Positions 1 through 14,504 of a DNA stretch of 64,000 bases are shown here, piece after piece. Made by a program: the position numbers and the translations under genes. The DNA is from Octopus vulgaris (lineage: Eukaryota), in the NCBI GenBank assembly GCA_951406725.2, contig OX597823.1, positions 36,394,001 through 36,458,000 of the forward strand, read 5' to 3'. Within the stretch, counting starts at the first letter, position 1. Each line of letters opens with the position of its first letter. The notes under the pieces were generated by a model that saw nothing but the letters and a program-made list of their open reading frames with translations, made no database searches and was not told the DNA's origin.

Positions 1-290
1 CATGTGTACATTTTTATGTGCCTGTGTAGACACATACTTATATGCACATATATACATGCAATTATATATGTATGCATACAAATAAACACATGTACACATC
101 CATGCACATACACATGTATTAAACATATTAACTTTGAAATTTTGAAATCAATGATTTTTTGTGAACCAGGACAAAATTCAAAAAGCCTGGTATTTATTTA
201 TTAGATACTTAATCTCCTGCATACATGGCTCTAACAATTCCATTCTTTTATTCAAACTGTTATTGAAAATTTTAAAACTTTTGCTAGTCA

Positions 291-390
291 CAGGAGTGGC
301 TGTTTGGAAAGTAGCTTGCTTACCAACTACATAGTTCTGGGTTCAGTCCCAATGTGTGGCATCTTGGGCAAGTGTCTCCTACTATAGCCT
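291..390 (+). mobile_element. tRNA-derived SINE family A, 5' fragment
   Basis: caggagtggc...ggttcagtccc (B-box-like)...cttgggcaagtgtc; same head as copies at 60997 (+), 24882 (-) and 61869 (-). Confidence 0.75.
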
Positions 391-394
391 TTAT

Positions 395-3160
395 TTGTTA
401 CTTCAGACTTAGAACTTGAAGGCCTCAGAGATGCAAACCAATCTGGAGCAGGAAGATCTAGGAGCGTCTTTCAAACAGTCAAAGATTTAGAAACATACTA
501 ATTAAAGAATTTGATGAGAAGGTTAAGATAGAGACATATGACATAGAGGACAACTACAAGTGCTAGTGAGACAATCTACAGAGGGCTACAGACCAAATTT
601 GTGGCTGGTGCAAAATTCCAGTCAGGTAAAGAGTGATTGAGTAGCAGAACAGGGAAGTAGACCGAGCAATATGAGTAAAGAAGTCAGGCTTGGAAGGTTT
701 GGAAGAATGGTGGCAATCTGGTAGTTGGAAGAGAAGCTAGGTGACAGGTCTATTTAGTAAGGGGAAAGGCAGAAAAGAAGAGATTTGACAATGTTTTACA
801 TCAGCGGTTCCCAACCTGGGGTCTGTGGACTCCTTGTGGCCCACAAAGGTAGTACTGGGTGTCCATGAACTACTAAATTCAAAATTTCGTATATATACAT
901 ATATATATATATATATATAAGGATATTCTCATTGTTAAAGGGTCCATGTGAAAACTCATTTAAATAAAAGGGTTGGGACCCATTGTTCTACATCATGTAG
1001 ACCAAAGACATTAGGTATTCTTGATTGCAAAGAAGCGTATCATGTTGGAGAGAAGTGTGTATGGAAGAATAATTGCATGCTTGAACTTAGTGATTCTGAA
1101 GTGAAAGAGGCAGGGAAGTGCTATTATAAAAGGCTACTAAATGTAGAAAATAAATGGGAAACACAGAATCTTCTTAATGTGGATCTGACTGAGGGTCCAA
1201 CCATTCTTGTTGACAGTAGTATTTCAGATAAAGCAATAAAGAATATGAAGACAAGGAAAGCCCATGGTTCATCAAGAATTACCATTGAAATGGTTAAAAT
1301 ATCTGGCAGAATAGGATAGTCACCCTTATAGTTAATCAGGTTGTATAGGAAGGTATCATACCCAATGACTGATGTAACAGCATCATAGTAATCTGTTACA
1401 AAGGTGCTTTAGAGAGAAGTAATTATAAAGGAATCACATTCTGGAACAGGTTATGAAAGTCACTGAAAAATTCATAGCCCAGTTATTTAGGACGTGAGTT
1501 AACTCACATGAAATGCAATGTGGTTTTGTGTCAGTCAGAAGCACTTCTGCTGCTCTTTTTATAGTTTAGCAACTACAGAAGAAGAATTTAACAAAAAGTA
1601 AACCTCTGCACTTAGTGTTGTTGACCTGGAGAAAGCCTTGAGAGGCATTCAAGTTATGTACAGGGTAGCTGTTAGAAAAGTGAGAGATAGCAATAAGTAC
1701 AGTAATGAATTTAGTGTGCAAGTAGGTGTTCATCTGGGTTTAGTTAACAGTCCCCTCCTATCTATTATAATCCTCTTGGCCATAACAGGAATTTAAGATC
1801 AGTTGCCCATGGTACTTCCTCTATTTTGATGACCTTGTCCTTATCACTGAAAATGTAGATGAATTAGAGTTAAAATTCCAAGAATAGAAACAAAACCTGA
1901 AATCAAAAAGTCTTCAAGTTAACTTAGCAGATACCAAAGTTCTAGTTAGTAGGGGAAACAGGCAAGATGCTGATCTCTTTGAGAAAATTACTGTTTTATA
2001 TGTAGACAAGGCAGGTAGAAATTCCATGTGGAGTATTCAGTGCAGACTATGGACATGTAATCACAGGAAGGTTAACAGAGAATGTACAGTAGAAGCACAG
2101 AGGAAACAGATGTTCTGGAATGCCCACAAGGCTCCCTAGAAGTAGTAGATAGCTTCTGTTATTTAGGTGACCAAATGAGCAGCGGAAGAGGATGAAGTAT
2201 AGTTGCTAGAATAAGAACTGGTTGAAGAAAGTTCAGAGAATTCTACTTCTGTTGTTAACAAAAGGTCTCTCTCTTTCAGAGTGAAGGGCAGCTTACATGA
2301 TGCAGAGAACATATAAAGACTTACAAAAAATGAAACTAGCATGCTTTGATGGATGACAAAGTACAAATGTGTTGAGAGAAAAATTGGGCATATGAGGCAA
2401 CATATATGGCGTGCAAGAAAGAAGACTGTGCTGGTGTGGTCATGTGATGTAGATGAATGAGGATAGTTGTGCAAAAAGTACCAAATACTAAATGTGTAGT
2501 GAGCCCACGAAAGAAGGAGACCGAGGAAGATGTGGGCTGAAGTGGTGAAGACTGACCTCAAGATGTTGAACCTCTCAGAGGAGATGACAGGGAACTGAAA
2601 TGAATGGTGACATATTGTGTGAGAAAATATGCCACTCCCACAACATACTTTCTAACTCTCATTCTGTGATACTCTACTTCCTTCAATTCCCCTCTGCTGA
2701 ACTGATATTCTCTGTGTTCAACTCATTCCCTATCTCTAATCATGTCCCACTACTCTCACGCAGTACACTTACCTACACAACCACATTTTCTGCTCTTCTA
2801 TCCTATCCTTTCTTTCTCATATTCATGTTGTACCATGACTTTACATCTCTCTCTCTCTTTCTCCCTCTCTTGAGATGGACAAGCTATGTATTCACCTCTT
2901 CAGTAAGATACTTGCTCCTGTTCCTCTATCTAATTTCTTATCCCTCAATTGTATACCTCATTCAGTTGAGGGGTTTTATCTTGCAGATACTTGGTGACCT
3001 CATTTGTGCTGGTGCCATGTAAAAAAACACCTGGTACACTTTGTAAAGTGGCTGGTGCTATGAAGGTCATCCAGCAGTAGAAACCATACCAAAGCAGACA
3101 TTAGAACGTGGCACAGCCCTCTAGCTAATCTGTCTATGTTGAAGCATCCAAAAAGGATAA
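395..3160 (+). mobile_element. Decayed RTE-clade LINE (RT pseudogene plus 3' UTR), interrupted by a hAT MITE
   Basis: ORF 948-1319 (NVDLTEGPTILVD..DKAIKNMKT) matches the better-preserved copies at 8081 and 16570; downstream degenerate RT and GRPRK.W motifs; many stops and frameshifts. Confidence 0.85.
802..985. mobile_element. hAT (Charlie/MER5-like) MITE nested in the RTE
   Basis: Termini cagcggttcccaacc / ggttgggacccattg; 8-bp TSD ttttacat (794-801) / ttctacat (986-993), one mismatch; RTE sequence resumes on both sides. Confidence 0.85.
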
Positions 3161-3328
3161 ATACTGATACACATACATACATACATACATGAACTGGCAT
3201 TCTGTTGATTTTGAGGATAAGTGTTCCAGTTGATCTGATCAACAGACTAGCCTGCTTGTGAAATTAGAATGTATGTGATAATATTAACAATGAGAATATC
3301 TTTCTTCAAGTGTTTACATTCAAATTTT

Positions 3329-3373
<45 letters not shown>

Positions 3374-3593
3374 CCATGCTACTCCAGACTGATGACGAGC
3401 AAAGTCTCAGAAACTGAAGAATGGATAATAAGCGAAATGGCTCCATGTAGCAAGAAAAAAATAAAATGATATCAAAGGAGAGCTGCAGGGAGGAAGAAGA
3501 TGGGTGGAGAGGGTGACTTGAGGAGGAGATTGGGTGAGGTACCCATTTGTGCATATATATATAGGGAGAATTCACAAAAAAAATTAAATACAG

Positions 3594-3643
<50 letters not shown>

Positions 3644-4514
3644 ACATATGTATGTGTGTGTGTATGTGCATATATATTGCTTGTATAATCTGTTTTTTGA
3701 TATCATAATAATGCAACTGAAGTATGTAGACAATGTATCAAATTAACATATTTCTCTTGAATGGCTTGTGGTTTTTAGTGGAGAAACATTTTTTATAAAC
3801 ACATTAAGCAACTTATTTTCCACTGAAGAGCCATCACAACAACTAGAGCTTGAAGTCACTCTTTCTTTCTAGTCAAACTGTTGTGTGATGCATTTTGTTC
3901 CTAGACATGAGCAGGTCTCAACAATTGTTGAAATTTTCTAAATGAGTCGAGACTATGATATTAAACAGCTATTAAGTTATGTTGCATTCTATAGAAGGCT
4001 AGTGGAGGGCAAGTGTGACAACATTCTCTGGGAAACTCTAGACGTTGATGAAGATCAACTAACCGGCCTGTTTCAGAGAACTTTTGGAGAAGATTGAAGC
4101 TATAATTGCAAGATAAACATATTTATCTCTGAACTGCTTATCACTACATAATTTAGAGAGGACAATAACAAACTTGAACGGAACACTGTCTGTTCACTTT
4201 TGACACTACTACTTCCACCACCACCACCACTGTTGCTGCCGCCAGCATCACCACCATCATCGCAGTTGCCACTGCCAGCTACAGCACCAACAGTAGGCAG
4301 GAAGATTGTACTATTGGTACAATGGTGAACTAAATAGTCTGCAGTATATGAGTTTATATTGTTTGATGTTCCGAGATCAAATCTCGAAATATTTCATTTT
4401 CGTTATTTTAATAAAACACGAAGTAACAAAGTGTTGGGTTCAATTTAATTATAACCCTAACTCCTCTTAAAAAAAAAAAAACCAAACCAAGAAATCATTA
4501 TTATAGTTGTTGTT

Positions 4515-4865
4515 GTGGCCGATGACAGTACTGCCTGATTGGTACCCATGCCGGTGGCACATAAAAAGCACCATTCGAGCATGGTCGATGCCAGTACTGC
4601 CTGACTGGTCCCGTGCTGGTGGCATGTAAAAAGCACCATCCAAGTGTGGCTGAAGCCAGTACTGTCTGACTGGCCCTTGTGCCGGTGGCATGTAAAAAGC
4701 AACCATTACACTCTTGGTGTGGTTGGTATTAGAAAGCTCGTCCAGCTGTAGAAACACTGCCAGATCAGACTGGAACCTGGTGCAGCCTTCTGGCTCACCA
4801 GCCCTCAGTCAAACCGTCCAACCCATGCTAACATGGAAAGTGGACTTTAAACGATGATGATGATG
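4515..4865 (+). mobile_element. RTE 3'-end-only copy with ~3 internal tandem units and (GAT)n tail
   Basis: Repeated ggtggca..taaaaagcacc units, then ...aacccatgctaacatggaaagtggactttaaacgatgatga; same 3' end as the RTE at 35973-36983. Confidence 0.8.
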
Positions 4866-4990
4866 AGGAGGAGGAGGAGGATTTCTGATTTTGTTATTGT
4901 TGTTTTTCAGTTTGTGTGTGTGTGTATGTGAATGTGTAAAAACAATGGATGTTGATAGTAATTTGTATACTGCTGCTGCTGCTGCTGCTG

Positions 4991-5052
<62 letters not shown>

Positions 5053-5544
5053 GCTACTGCTGCTGCTGCTACTTCTTTAGTTATGTATATACATGTGTTA
5101 TTGTAACTATTGGTTTGTGTCAACATGCATATTCAAATATTCTTGATCTAAAAATCAAAATTCTACCCTTGTACCTAAACAGTATCAGTGCTTCACACAC
5201 CTATCAGAATGTGTAATATGATTTTTCCCAAGTACATTTATGTACACGTTGATCATTTATATTATCAAAATTACTATAAATGTAACAGGTTTAGAAATTA
5301 TACACTTTTCTCTCTATAAATATTTCTATTTAAAATCATATTTTTTTCATGAGGTTATCATGTGGAAGATCCTGTTTGGTTTATGAACATTATTACAATT
5401 GAAAAACAAACAATCCAGATTCAAACTGAGACAGAGATTGGTTTCATTTTGAAACAAACTGAATGAAGCAAGCATAATGACTGATGAAATGACCAACAAA
5501 GGCAGACTTTTGAAATGAACTACTGATGCTATTATTATTCTAAC

Positions 5545-5965
5545 TTGTGGGTTAATGTTGAACGCCTGCTGTCACATGCTGTGTGGTGTACTAGATTGAT
5601 AGGGCTGAAGACAGATACTTTCCTCTTTGGCCAAGCCCTCATCAACTTTTTCAAGTTTCACTTGAAAAGGAAAGTAAGGGTAGAAAGGGAAGTACTGCCT
5701 CCCAGCAATTTTGTTAAAAGGTGGGTTAATGGTGCAAGAATGGTCCAAGTGAATGAGCCTACTCTAAGCATACACTTCTAAGTTGAAGAAGGTCAATGTG
5801 AAGGGGGCACTTGTCTCCCTCTTTTGGGGAATTATTCATTGTTGTAATTTTATATTGTTACTGTATAATTTTTTACATGCCTTTTATGTAACCTCATATT
5901 GTATTGTATTGTCCTGTACCATCCCCAATGCTTTTGTGAACCTTTAGTGGTTAATAAAGCAAACA
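5545..5965 (+). mobile_element. Tx1/L1-clade LINE 3' fragment
   Basis: ORF end ALINFFKFHLKRKVRVERE..FVKRW resembles a Tx1-type ORF2 C-terminus; T-rich 3' UTR ending in aataaa. Confidence 0.5.
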
Positions 5966-6066
5966 TTATTGTCATCTGTGATGCTTTTGCTCTGGCAGAT
6001 GTTGTGGTGATACATTATCAAAAAAGTGAGCTATATCCAATGGCCAAAGGTACTTAGGGTCATTCC

Positions 6067-6821
<755 letters not shown>

Positions 6822-6823
<2 letters not shown>

Positions 6824-7360
6824 TTCAGGCCCATCACTCTGCTTAATGCAGAGTTGAAGATTTTGGCCAAGATGTTAGCCAAGAGGTTGGCACTTGTTGT
6901 GGACAAGCTGGTTGGCGAGACACAACTAGGACTATTCATGATAACCTTCATCTTATGTGCTACATCATAGAGAGGGTGGGTAACGAAGCTGGGTGAGTTA
7001 GGCTCTGATGAATTTAGATCAATCTAAATCCTTTGATAGGGTCGACCATCAATACGTGGCAGCAGTCTTCAAGGCAGCCAGTTTTGGTCCAGTTTTCTGT
7101 GGTTGGATCGCTGCTTTGTACAGCGGTATCTGCTCGGTTGTTTGGGGGAATGGTCACCTGTCAGAGCCATTCAGCATCTTGTGTTTGGTTCGTCAAGGAT
7201 ACCTTCTTTCCACCCTGTTGTATGTACTGACTCAAGAGCTGTTACAGTGGAAGTTGGAGGCTTTGAGGGGTGTCCCACATTATCTAGGATGTGGGAGAAG
7301 TGTGTCTGCTTATACTGATGATGTCACCACCATAGTGTCTAGCTACAGACATATAGACCT
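6822..7360 (+). pseudogene. Tx1/L1-clade reverse transcriptase fragment
   Basis: Translates FRPITLLNAELKILAK..KRL, LDQSKSFDRVDHQY, VRQGYLLSTLLY and AYTDDVT (degenerate YADD). Confidence 0.85.
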
Positions 7361-7689
7361 GATTATATTATTATTATTATTTATGCTATGCGCAAATGTT
7401 TGGCATTCAGAGTCAATGTCCTTGATACTGGGTCAGAACCAGTTTCCTTAGATATTGAAGCAGTGATGAGAGTGTATCACCTTGAAATATTCCTCTACTT
7501 CTGCTGACCTCACCTAAGTTGTCTTGACCTGATGTTAGCACAGTTCTCCAAATGACGCGCTGTTTTGTAAGAGATAGACATTTTTAGCTATCCCAAATAT
7601 GTTGAGGTATTCTAGGATCCATGAATATGGCACGCTATCATATGCCTATTGGTAATCAATCCATACAATTGCTAAGTAGAGGCTGGGAG

Positions 7690-8075
7690 AGGAGTCGTGG
7701 TGATGGACCTGGCCTACATAGATGACATCACGCTCTTGGGCTCTATCCGGGTAGATGTCCAGGATGCTCTCAAAAGGGTGCATGCAGCAGCGGCAGCTGT
7801 TGATCTTCGGATCAATGCTAGCAAAACCAAAGTGATGACATCTCTGGTTGCAGCAGATGAATGGCAGCCAATCGTTCTCGAGGGTGTGGGGCTGGAGGAT
7901 GTGGAGTCCTTTGTCTACCTGGGTTCAATGGTGATTCCAACGGGCCAGGGCGCAACTGAGGTCGAGCTTCGCAGAGGTGCTGCTGGATCTGCATTTGTGC
8001 ACCTCCAGCGGTGCCTGTGGGACAGAAGAGAGATCTCCTCAGTGACCAAAAGGTGAATCTACCAGGCCGTCATTC
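7690..8075 (+). pseudogene. RTE (BovB-like) RT fragment, different family from the main RTE
   Basis: ORF 7697-8056: DLAYIDDITLL..INASKTKVM..LEDVESFVYLGS. Confidence 0.8.
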
Positions 8076-8082
8076 ATTAGCT

Positions 8083-9288
8083 ATCCCTCCGTTATTGCCT
8101 GGAGGACTATGATAAATAGAAGGGGGATGAGGACTGAACCTTGGTGGACCTTTACCTCTACCCTGAATTCTTTAGTGTACTCGTTGCTAACCCTCACCTT
8201 ACTTACAGCGTCTCTGTACATGGCTTGCACAGCTCTCACTAACCATTCATCTATCCCTAGTTTCCTCCTTGACCACCAGATAAGGGATCGGGGGACCCTG
8301 TCAAAGGCTTTCTCCATGTCAATGAAAGCCAGGTACAGGGGCTTATCTTTGGCTAGGTATTTCTCCTGCAGCTGTCTCACCAGAAATATGGCATCAGTGG
8401 TGCTTTTTCCTGGCATGAACCCAAACTGCATCTCATCCAAGCTGACTCTCTCCCTAATCAGTTGGGCTATGACCCTCTCCGTAATCTTCATTACCTGATC
8501 CAACAGCTTGATACCTCTGTAATTATTTGTATCTAAAGCATCACCTTTACCTTTGTAGCAGTTGACTATTATGCTGCTACACCAGTCATTGGGTATGACT
8601 TCTTCATGTATCACCTGGTTAACTATATGGGTGACTAGGCTATAGCCGACACTACCAGATATTTTGAGCATCTCTGCAGTAATTCCTGATGGGCCTGGGG
8701 CTTTCCCTGTCTTCATGCTTCTAATTGCCTTAACTACTAAGGAACTGTCAACTTGGATAGCTGGTTCCTCTGTTGGGTCAACATTCGGCAGACTCTCTTT
8801 ATCCCATTCATTTTCCTTATTTAGCAGCCTCTCATAATGGTGTCTCCAAACCTCTCTTTGCATCCTCATTTAGCGCAAATGAGCCATCATCCATGCGAAC
8901 ACATTTCTCTCCTACCACATCATGATTCTCTCTCACACACTGTCTTGCAACACGGAATACTTCAAGTCTTTGGTCCTCACGGCGTAGAACATTGGCAAAT
9001 TTTTTCTTATCTGCTTCCCTTCTGGCTAAATAAACCCATCTCCTAGCTTCTTTTTTGGTGGTCTGATACAATTCCCTGCTACCACCATTTTCCCAGTCCT
9101 TCCAAGCCTGTCTCTTTTCTCTAATAGCCCTGTCTACAACATTGTTCCACCACCACCTTATCTTGGGTTGAGAGGGGACTTTACACCAGCCACAGTTCTG
9201 GTCCATGGCTCTTAGCAGGTTGTCCTTTAGAAACCTCCAGTTGTCTTCTACCTCATGTGAAGCTACCCCTTCTACTCCGTCAAAGGCT
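8083..9288 (-). mobile_element. RTE LINE internal fragment (RT domain), frameshifted
   Basis: ORFs 8832-9206 and 8081-8869: WWWNN, KAPGPSGI, NYRGIKLL, QFGFMPGKST, FIDMEKAFDRVP, VHQGSVLIPLLF. Confidence 0.92.
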
Positions 9289-9628
9289 ATATATATATAT
9301 ATATGTATATGTATATATATATTGAAAATAATTGAAAAATAGAGTCAACAAGAAGGAGTATGGTTAGACAGCTATTTAATAAACAAAACACGTTATGATA
9401 CAGCATAGATTCACATATATAAAGGGTGCACGAGCTCTATTTGTACTCTACTATATTCATAAAGGCGTATATATATATATATATATACACATACACATTC
9501 ATTTTATTCTTTTGTTCTAGTCCATTTTCCCACTATTGCCCTAAATCTGTATATATGTTGAACGATAATATTTTAAAAACATTTTAATATTTAATTTCAT
9601 ATCGTGTTCAATATTGAATTTCATATAG

Positions 9629-9671
<43 letters not shown>

Positions 9672-9879
9672 ATAAAGTAAATATAATTTATGTAGTTTTA
9701 TTCTGAGTAAAATGCCAGTATCTTTTAGAGCAAAATATTTGAAGGCTGTTCACATGCTTTACTCCCTCTGACTGTCACTCCCATTCTGTTTGTTGTTTTA
9801 CTCTTCTTTCCTACAAGTGTGACTGAGAGGACACACATTGTGTTTTATTATATGTAAGAAGATTATTATAATAATAAAC

Positions 9880-10095
9880 AGTTTGAGTGGTAGAATTCTT
9901 AGTGCATTGGGCGCAATGCTTAGTGAATTTTTTCCAGTTCTTTATGTTCTGAATTCAAATCTTATGAAGGTTGACTTTGTCTTTCCTTTCAGGGTAAATT
10001 AAAATAAAACATCAGTCAAGTAGTGGAGTTGATGCAATTGACTAATCCTACCCTCCCTTATAATTGTCAGCCTTGCACCTGAATCAGAAATCATT
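9880..10095 (+). mobile_element. SINE family B, decayed
   Basis: ttctgaattcaaat..gttgactttg..cagtcaagtagtggagttgat similar to 6446 and 45139 copies. Confidence 0.55.
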
Positions 10096-10359
10096 ATTGC
10101 TTGTCACATACAAGATTTCTCTAGTAAGTGGACAGCTCGCATCCAGGACACAACTTTTAGAATTAAGAAGTAATTTACTACTATATACATTTACATGTGT
10201 ATCAATACTTAGACTGAGATACACTTATATATTTGTGTGTACATATATATTTTTGCGAGTGTACAGTTATATTTATAGATGTGGATACAATGCAAACAAA
10301 AATATATATGCATGTATGTGTATGAACATGTGTATGTATAATATTAACATTGTGATCAT

Positions 10360-11945
10360 AATCATTATTTAATATCCTTTTTTTTCCATGTTGGCATGGG
10401 TTGGATGGTTTGATAAGAAAAGACAAACCAGAGGAATCTGCCAGGTTCTATGTTTCCTTTGGCATGGTTTCTACAGCTGAATGCTCTTCCTAACACTAGT
10501 CACTTCATAGAGTGTACTGGATGCTTTTTATGTGGTGCCAGCACTGGTAAGGTTGCCACGTAGCCACAAGATAAGACCCCTTAACTGAGCAGACTGGAGG
10601 AATAAGAAACTATGATAGAGGGAGAGCAGCAAGTGTCTTGCTGGAGAGGTGAATACCTGGCTTGCTTACCTGGAAAGTGAGAGAAAGAAATGAGAAGGCG
10701 GAAGAGTGAGAGAGAGAGAGAGAGAGAGAGGGGGGGAAAGAAAGATGAGGTCCATGTGAATATGAGACAGAATCAGAAAGAAGAGTGGAAAAAGTGGGCG
10801 TGTAGCTAAGTGCATTGAGTGAAAATAATGTGACAGATGATTAGAGATAGGAAATGAGCTGAATGCAGAAGATCTCAGTTTAGTGGAAGTGGAAGTGAAG
10901 AAAATGGGGTAACATAGAACTTTTAATGGAAGAGTGGGTGTTAGAAGATGAGTTGAGGGGAAGGCTTGACAGATTTTCAATTCTGCTCAGATGGACAGAT
11001 ATTTACAAGCATAGCATAAACCATTCATCTCAGTTCCCTGTCACCTCCTCAGAGATGCTCAAACATCTTGAGGTCAGTCTTTATCACTTTATACCAAATT
11101 TTCCTAGGTCTACTTCTTCCTTATGTTCCTACTTTGTTTAGAGACTGGCACCTCTTTGTGCAATTGTTCTCATCCATCTGCATCACATGCTCATACTAAT
11201 GCAGTCTTGCACACCATATGTGTTGTCTTTTATACCCAGTTTTTCTCTGAACATATTTGTTCTTTGTCATACATACACACTGACATTGCACGTCCATTGG
11301 AACATACTTATTTCATTGCTTTTAAATCTTCACATGTCCTCTGCTTTCATGGCCCAAGTTTCATACCCATGTAGTATAGCTGTTTGTTTACAAGCGTTAT
11401 GCGATCTGTCTTTCACCTTGAAAGAGTGAGGCCTTTTGTTAGCAACAGAGGTAAAATTCTCTGAACTTTCTTCAGCCAGTTCTTATTCTAGCAACTATAC
11501 TTTTAGAGCTTCCTTCTCCTCTGCTAATTAGGTCACCTAGGTAATAGAAACTATCTACTACTTCTAGGGAGCTTTGTGGGCATTCCAGAACATCTGTTTC
11601 CTCTGTGCTTCTATTGCACATTCTCTATTTACCTTCTTGAAATTCCACTACACCTCTTACATGTCTATAGTTTGCACTGAGTACTCCATATGGAATTTCT
11701 ACCTGCACCTTTTCTACACATAGAACAGAGCCATTTGCCCAAAGAGATTAACATCCTGCTTGTTTTCCAGCTAACTGGAACTTTGGTATCTGCTAAGTTA
11801 ACTCAAAAACTTTTGATTCCATGTTTTGTTTCCATACTTGGAATTTTAACACATCTACATTTTCAGCTGTAAGAACAAGGTCATTAAAATATAGGGATTC
11901 CCTTGGGTAAGTGTAGAGGTTTAATTTTTGCTAAATACTTCTGTA
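10360..11945 (-). mobile_element. Decayed RTE LINE, 3' half plus 3' UTR
   Basis: Reverse strand gives LEVVDSFYYLGD and RPRKIW-like motifs and the family 3' end (ccatgttggcatgggttgg on +). Confidence 0.75.
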
Positions 11946-12379
11946 GTTGCTGAACTATAAAGAGGTGTAGACAGTTATCTCCCTTGAAACCAGTTGTCTC
12001 ATCCATTAGCCACTGGATGGTGCATGTCAGGTGTTGCATTGTGGGAGAATTAAATCTATAGCTTTTGGACAGTGCAACCAAAGTGATTAGACTATTTTCT
12101 TTTTGCTACGATTCCAAGTGATGTAATGGTCAAACATAACAACCTCTTATTATATGAATATGAAAGCACAGAAACTGCCTTTATCTTTCTCTATACAAAT
12201 ACTGTAATTTGCATGCAGTATAAAGATTAAAATAACTTACGGCCGTATTTGCAAATTCTTATCATCTTTTTATTCTCATATTTGGAGAATGTCTGTCTTC
12301 TACATTTCAGCTTTCTTTGTTAGGAGCAAAAGTTCCTAAAAGAACATCAGAAATGATGATCATGCTCTTGATTGAGCTG

Positions 12380-12718
12380 CAGCTCTGTTGTGTGCCTGTG
12401 CCATTCAAGACATTGTGTACAACCCATTACCTCATCGCTGTAAGTTTGCCAGAGCATGCTCAATGTCTCTGTAGCAGACTTCCCAAATTCAATGCAAAAT
12501 TTCATGTTGGCTCTTTGTTCCAACTTCCTGTCCATGACAAAGTCATAGACTACAACATACACATGATGACAAAAATACAAATTTCACAACTTACAAAGTA
12601 AACACAGTGATGTCACTTGGCTTACTACCTCATGAGAGTCACCGTTTGCTCTCATTGTGCAAGCAACTGTGTGCTGTGATCAGTTATTGCACTACAGGAA
12701 CTTTTTGATAGCACCTCA
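12380..12718 (-). mobile_element. mariner transposon 5' fragment
   Basis: MDRKLEQRANMKFCIEFGKSATETLSML..CLEWHR is a mariner N-terminal HTH; TIR ta|tgaggtgctatcaaaaagttcc on minus at ~12697-12720. Confidence 0.85.
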
Positions 12719-13499
12719 TAGAAAGGATAAATGAATGAGTGTGGAAATTTTTGAGAAGAGATGGGTTAAAAGGAAGTTTGAAAGAGAGAAATTTATCAGA
12801 ACTTACATAAAGTTTAGTGTAGAAGTTAGAAAACGAGAGTAAGTAGTGAGAAAATATGACATAAATATCTCATATTATTTTCATTGTTACAAAGTATGTC
12901 AAATAGTTAAAAAAAAACCCAGATTGCATTGTTGTAGCAATGGTTAGTGAACCGTTTGTGATGGTCTTTGTCAACGAGGGAGTGTTTTTCAATAAAGGAA
13001 ATAGTTGGCTTTTGAATATGTCCTGAAATATTAATATGAAAGGATTAAAAAAATGTTTTTATTAGTTTGTCAGAAGGAGAGACAACAGTCCTGATCTTTA
13101 TAGGTGTTCCCAGACTGTAAAGGTTGTTGTGGTTGATTGTTCAGTTTGAAGTTCTGTAAAGTTAATGTCTAGGTACAAAGAGAATTTGAGAGAAGTGAGG
13201 CTCATGGAAGAATGTTCAGGCCAAATGTTTAGAGTGGAGCTGAAAGGGTGGTGGTTGTAGATGTGATAAATGACTGTGTTGGGGCATAGGATGGTGTTGC
13301 TCCAGAGGACAAGGAACCGTTGTGATTCAACTATATAAGAGACATGGAGAGAGAGAGAGAGAGAGAAGTAACAATGCATCTTTGAGATATGTTGTGACTT
13401 GTGGCTGAGGGACTCTATACCATCAGTTCAATGGCCTTCTTTTTGGGATGCGTTCTTGGCTATTTTTGTGTGTAAGTTGCTAGCAATACCCTACACAGG

Positions 13500-13688
13500 T
13501 GACTAGTATGCCAAATTGAGTTTTACTTGCTCTAGATAGATAAGTAGCACTCCAAATTGAGTATTACTTGCCCTAGATGGATAAGTTGCACTCTAAATTG
13601 ATTTTGCCTAACATAAGTGAGTAGTACTCCAAATTGAGGGTTACTCATCTAAGATAGGTGAGTAGCACTCAAAACTGAGTCTTACTTA
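13500..13688. repeat. ~41-bp minisatellite, 5 degenerate copies
   Basis: Unit ~gtagcactccaaattgagtattacttgccctagatggataa; aaa(t/c)tga core at 13513, 13554, 13596, 13631, 13672. Confidence 0.8.
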
Positions 13689-14504
13689 AGTTTTGTGAAA
13701 GTCAGCCACTGTTCAGAACTAAACTATTCTCTGCCACTGTGGAGAGAAACTTAATCTTTAGAAATTTAGACAAGCATGGAAAAGAAACCTTTGATCAAAG
13801 GATCCATTTACTAACAATAGATAAATATATATATAAATATCCCAGCATGCATTTCAAAAATGAAATATTCATGAATATCAGAAAATATTCTATACTAGAA
13901 AGATTGTCAGTCAATTTTATGTTGTGTTTCTATATTTTAAATTTTATCTTTAAAGCAATAACAAAGCTTGTTTACTCTTGAAATTTTCAATGAGATCTGA
14001 TGCTGCCACAGAATTTAATACAGTCATTCATAGATATTGCTATGGAGATAACTGAAAGAAATTAATGAGCAATTTCAGGAATTTATGAAATGGTTCCTCA
14101 TGAATATTCACAAAATTATAATGCTACTGCGAGAGAGTGTTTTAAGAGAGAATGGAAACATATTTTGCGAGAGTATTGACTTAGTCTTTCTGAGGAATAC
14201 ATCTATCCGTCTATCTCTATAAGAATTACCTCTTTGTTTGCTTGAAAATATAACACAACACCACAAACACGCACACACACATGCACACACACTCTCATAG
14301 ATATATGTATATAAATACAGTATCAAATATCACAGCTGTCATTATTGTTGTGTTATCGTCATAATGACGAATGACAACAACAATATGATGATGACAAAAA
14401 CAGCAATGATGACGATCATTATCACCACCACCACCACCAACATTGTTGTTGTTGTCTTCATCATCGCTGCCATTGTTGTCATCATTATCATCATCCTAAG
14501 ATTC

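Noticed and set aside
3830-4150. Possible host exon in unique-looking sequence
   Set aside because: No convincing open frame bounded by splice sites and no recognisable protein similarity.
12930-13450. Possible Penelope-like relic on minus (SLKFSLYLDINF); similar hints at ~48850-49540
   Set aside because: Too decayed to support by eye.
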